Assembly (NCBI GenBank): GCA_964658305.1
Contig: OZ210885.1
Span: forward strand, 15,252,001-15,316,000
Length of the DNA stretch: 64,000 nt
Direction: 5' to 3'
Source of the DNA: Leptogorgia sarmentosa
Lineage: Eukaryota
Shown: in pieces, positions 60,174-64,000 of the stretch
How the letters are laid out: every line of letters starts with the position of its first letter
Position numbering within the stretch: the first letter of the stretch is position 1
Notes under the pieces: generated by a model
Databases searched by the model: none
Told to the model about the DNA's origin: nothing
The model's input: only the letters and a program-made list of their open reading frames with translations
Made by a program: the position numbers and the translations under genes

Positions 60174-61416
60174 TGCATTAGGTTCGGCGCATGAAACGTT
60201 CGACGTCTAAACCGGGCCTAAAAGCTGGGTGCCTTTGCAAGAAGGTTAAACACTGGTTCGATGATACCCAAGGATCTGGGCCTGATTTGCTATACCGGTT
60301 CACCGGCAAAGAGTCTCGTAGGTTCTGTCATAATTACATGAGATTGGTCAATGCACTTTTATTGATGGTAATGACACAAAAGCAGACAGACAGGCTATCC
60401 TTGTCTTTGCATACTTAGGGCAGAGACTAAGAGACAGTGTGTCTCTTATGAACAGATTTGACATTAATGAAGAGCAACTCACCCAGCTTACTCTTGCAGC
60501 ACAAGAGTATTTGAGGGTAAATGCAATGTTTTTGTCAACATCTGTGAATCCTACTGTTTGGACATTGGAACACATAGTCCCTGTTCATGCACAACAAGTA
60601 TTTGCCCAATACAATAAAGGGTTAGCTTTAGTCACCATGGAAGGGTGAGAACCGAAGCATATTTTCCTCATAAAATTAAGTCAAAATACAACTTACCAGA
60701 GGCGGTGGCTTGAAATCTTTAAGCATGAATATATTATGTTAGTTTGGTTGCCAGAACATGGTTATGAGCTGTCAGGTAACAAAAGCCACAACGAAGCCTA
60801 TATTCCACCTAGAGTTTTCGAGAATCCATCATACTGCTACTGTGGTTCATTAAAAACTAACCCCAGTGATTCAAAATGTTCAATCTGTGGGGATCCCTTG
60901 ATGCACCTTATTGAAAGAAGTGTCACTGAGGGAAAGATTGATTCTGGTTTGAAACTTTAATATTCGGGACTGCAGCCTGGAAGTTGAATGTTTGTTTTCA
61001 AATTTTAGCTGTTGTCAAAATGTTCAAAGTGGCAGGAAAGCCTGAGCAGAAATTTTTCACATGTTATGAAGTTTTAAAGAAATAAAAAAGAAAGAAAGAA
61101 ATGAAAGTGATAGAAGCTTTATATGTTATTAAAAAATACATGTTAATGTATCTTAATATATACATTTTTAATGCATATATATTTAAACTATTTATTGTAG
61201 TGAATATATTTTTAACATCAAAGTTTATTAAATATTAAATTTATAGCAGTGTTGTTGTGATACAATCCAATCCAAGTTGAGTCAATTTTTTGCTGTCAAC
61301 TCAAGTTGAGTAAATTTTCCTATTCAACGGCTTATGTACCGTGTAAGAACTCACCAACTACGTCATCGGTGTCAAATGAGAACATGAGGTCGACATGCAG
61401 TTCAACTTTAATAATC

Positions 61417-61588
61417 GGTCGACAGGTTTCAAACTTGTATTTCTCGGTCGACAGGTTTCAAATTTACATTTCTCGGTCAACAGGTTTCAAATTTGTATTT
61501 CTCGGTCGACAGGTTTTAAATTTGTATCTCTTGGTCGACAGGTTTTAAATTTGTATTTCTCGGTCGACAGGTTTCAAATTTTGTATTT
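61417..61588. repeat. About six copies of a 29-bp tandem repeat (TCGGTCGACAGGTTTCAAATTTGTATTTC)
   Basis: Directly abutting, near-identical units. Confidence 0.85.
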
Positions 61589-61699
61589 TTTTTCGAAACG
61601 TATTATTTAGAAACAATTGGTACACCGCATTAAAAAAAGATATCTAAAAACCGCAACCACTTTTGACAAAAAAGGTTGTGTAACATTCTTTGCAACGTT

Positions 61700-62595
61700 T
61701 CACGACACAATCGGAACTTAGCTACTAACAGGTATAGCTATATCTGAGTCGCTGGTCTGACCTTGTCAAATTATTTGGAAGAGCTGAACCTGAGCTGAGT
61801 CAGATATTTAATACAGTAAGCATTTGCAAGTCATGTTATTCATACTAATCACAATTTAGTTACCCATTTTGTCAGATGTCCTTGTATTGTTCCATCCTAT
61901 CATTCTTACAAGAAAAATACAGAGGAAATAGGCAATATTTTATAGGCAATATCTAATAGGCAATATTTTTCAGATTTTGGATGATATCTATGACCGATTT
62001 GGTCACTTGCTAACTTCTCTAAACTATATCTGGCTTGATCCTTAGCATATTGCAAATGCGATACACGGCAAAGGTACTCCCCTTAATCAATGCTGGGGAT
62101 TTATTGATGGAACAATGCGGCCAATTTCAAGACCTGTCCGTAACCAAAAGATAATGTTTAGCGGCCATAAAAGAGTGCATTGTATAAAGTTCCAGGTAAG
62201 AAGAAACTAGAGGGCATTATTTTCATGCACTTGACAAAAGAGAAATTTTGAAAAAATATAATAAAGTAATCATGACAATAATTGCTTGCTTCTTTTGTCC
62301 ATAGTCAGTGATTACCCCAAATGGCCTGATTGCACATTTATATGGTCCTGTTGAGGGGAGAAGACATGATGCTTTCATGCTTAATACTAGTGGATTGCTA
62401 CCAGTACTGCAACAATTGGTTAAACCCAATGGAGAACTGTACGTCTTATATGGTGACCCTGCTTATTGTCTTACTCAAAACATCTTGGCTCCATTCAAAG
62501 GGGCACAAATCACTGCAAATGAACAAGCATTCAATAAGGAGATGAGCAGAGTTCGAATATCAGTGGAATGGGGCTTTGGTAAAATAGTGAAATAT
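61700..62595 (+). pseudogene. Intron-containing DDE_Tnp_4-type transposase, truncated by a YR element
   Basis: CWGFIDGTMRP...GHKRVHCIKFQ|gtaag...ag|SVITPNG...RRHDAFML...YGDPAY...RISVEWGFG. Confidence 0.85.
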
Positions 62596-62902
62596 CCAAA
62601 CTGCCCATTCTTCCACAGATCACTGATTGAGTATTGGGGAAAATAAGTCTTTTGTTTCCATTTAAACCAAAGGGTTTTACTCCGTATAATACATATCCTC
62701 TTCTTATTACTTCCACCCTCCCCCTCCCCCTCAAAACTCTTTTCTAAAGCAATAGATTCCCCAAACTCACAAATACACTCCCCACTCTTACACTTCTTTT
62801 TATTACTCCTTTTACCCATACTCATACCAAACGGTATAAAATATAACTGTGTGAAAGACAAATCTAACTCGTAGTGGTACTGTACATAGGTTACAAGAGT
62901 TG

Positions 62903-64000
62903 TTAACTAGATTTACGTTTAGAGGGGTTTGATGGTGGAAAAGCTAAGACGAAATCTTTAACAGCATTAAGATTCTGATATAATTTTGTTAATTCGTGTA
63001 CATTCTGATTGTCATCGACAGCCGCTGCCATAAGCGCACTCGTACTATCATGGCGAAGCACCTTCTCCAACTGCATGTAATATCGTGCAGTATGAGCTCG
63101 CTCCCAACCGACATGACCCATAATGTCCGCTAGCGCTGAGCCAGCAAGAGCAAGAGTTACAGCACACCCGGAACGAAAACTATGCGCTGTCTCACCGTCA
63201 TCTAAGCCAGCCTCCCAAAGGTAAGTCTTTAGTCTAGCGTTCATTGCTGCTGACGACACTGCCGTATCGGCAATCTCTCCTTGAGCCGTAGTAGGCCGGA
63301 ATAAATAACCTCCGGTGAGATCGATTTGCAAAGTCTGAGAAGTCGCTATATAGCGCTCAATCGCCGCGACCGGACATATCTTGACATTAGCACATCGTTT
63401 AATGCCAAACAAATTCGAGCTACCGTCGCGAAGTGTCTTGCCCCATGTGTGATTAAACAGTAGACCATCGTCATTTGGGAACCGCAGAATTCCATTTGTC
63501 CTTACAAGAGCAAGGTCTCCAGGCCGATCACCGGAAAAAAACAGGCTCTTAAAATACGCCTGATCGCGGGACAAAATATATGTTTGGAGTGGAGTATCGG
63601 TAGTAGTAGCCTGCCGTCCATCAATATGATCCGCCAAACAGGCCAACTTATCCACGAAGAGAGGAACTGCCTGGATGGCAACGATGCCAGCGGCCGCCTG
63701 CTCTTCTTTCACACATTTTAGATACTGTTTTACCAGCAACGATGCTGCTGGGTTACCTAAACCAAAACTCTCTTCCCAATCGCCCGTGCGATCATATTCC
63801 TTGAAAATAGCGCGCAATTTTCCAATAAGAGAATCGACAGTGCCGGCAGCCAAACGTGAAGGACATATACATGAAAAAACACCTTTGAGACCGCGATTAG
63901 GGCAAAACTGATCATGAACGCAAGTCTTTCCAGCCGTATCCTTCCAGACCAAAAATCTCACCAAGTCTAATGGTGTTGCCGACAGTAGATCCGGATGCGA
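62903..64000 (-). CDS. Tyrosine recombinase of a DIRS-like element (runs off window; element 3' end near 62596)
   Basis: FSGDRPGDL, WGKT, CPV, HSFRSG, IMGHVGW and TARYY. Confidence 0.88.
   Translation of the reverse strand, partial: SHPDLLSATPLDLVRFLVWKDTAGKTCVHDQFCPNRGLKGVFSCICPSRLAAGTVDSLIGKLRAIFKEYDRTGDWEESFGLGNPAASLLVKQYLKCVKEEQAAAGIVAIQAVPLFVDKLACLADHIDGRQATTTDTPLQTYILSRDQAYFKSLFFSGDRPGDLALVRTNGILRFPNDDGLLFNHTWGKTLRDGSSNLFGIKRCANVKICPVAAIERYIATSQTLQIDLTGGYLFRPTTAQGEIADTAVSSAAMNARLKTYLWEAGLDDGETAHSFRSGCAVTLALAGSALADIMGHVGWERAHTARYYMQLEKVLRHDSTSALMAAAVDDNQNVHELTKLYQNLNAVKDFVLAFPPSNPSKRKSS

Larger units (their letters stand above)
55604..60218 (+). mobile_element. PIF/Harbinger transposon
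   Basis: About 41-bp TIR GGCCCGGTTTAGACG.CGAAC.TTTCATGCGCCGAACCTAAT; TAA TSD. Confidence 0.93.
55480..60960 (+). pseudogene. DDE-transposase-like C-terminal remnant (possibly Transib/Chapaev/RAG1-like), split by a Harbinger
   Basis: Frame SSKMHV-KAGCLCKK restored on removing the insertion; RFTGKES, PTVWTLEHIVPVH and TMEG*EPKH. Confidence 0.45.

Noticed and set aside
61417..61588. CRISPR-like 29-bp repeats
   Set aside because: Units abut directly with no unique spacers; eukaryotic minisatellite.
62903..63964. Prophage integrase
   Set aside because: Eukaryotic context and DIRS-type YR motifs; no phage genes nearby.

Overview
Eukaryotic genomic window, almost entirely repeats and nested mobile elements. 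An animal host, probably a marine invertebrate and plausibly a cnidarian, is inferred only from the element repertoire and the spliceosomal introns. In order: (1) a 6.1-kb tandem array of a divergent but structurally compensated 5S rRNA (550-6696), with a palindromic P-type MITE in one copy; (2) a 5'-truncated DIRS1-type retrotransposon; (3) LINE fragments and a decayed HECT E3-ligase gene; (4) a Ngaro-like element with an SGNH hydrolase; (5) a decayed Polinton/Maverick (adintovirus-like endogenous virus; AGTAGT...ACTACT ends, ATTATT target-site duplication, ending at 45187). The Polinton encodes pPolB, ATPase, adenain, major and minor capsid proteins, an integrase remnant, a collagen-like fibre and a triple GRF zinc-finger protein. 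Its left 5.5 kb plus flank is tandemly duplicated (6.6-kb unit). Further right are several PIF/Harbinger elements, an IS3EU-like transposase, piggyBac, MULE-SWIM and LINE remnants, and a tyrosine-recombinase element. Most notable: the Polinton terminal inverted repeats each carry an outward-facing tRNA-like gene with a Pol III terminator (a well-formed, intronless tRNA-Tyr(GTA) on the right, a degenerate GTG version on the left), and its polymerase has three short spliceosomal introns in conserved motifs. No intact host protein-coding gene is evident. All calls are by eye, without database searches.
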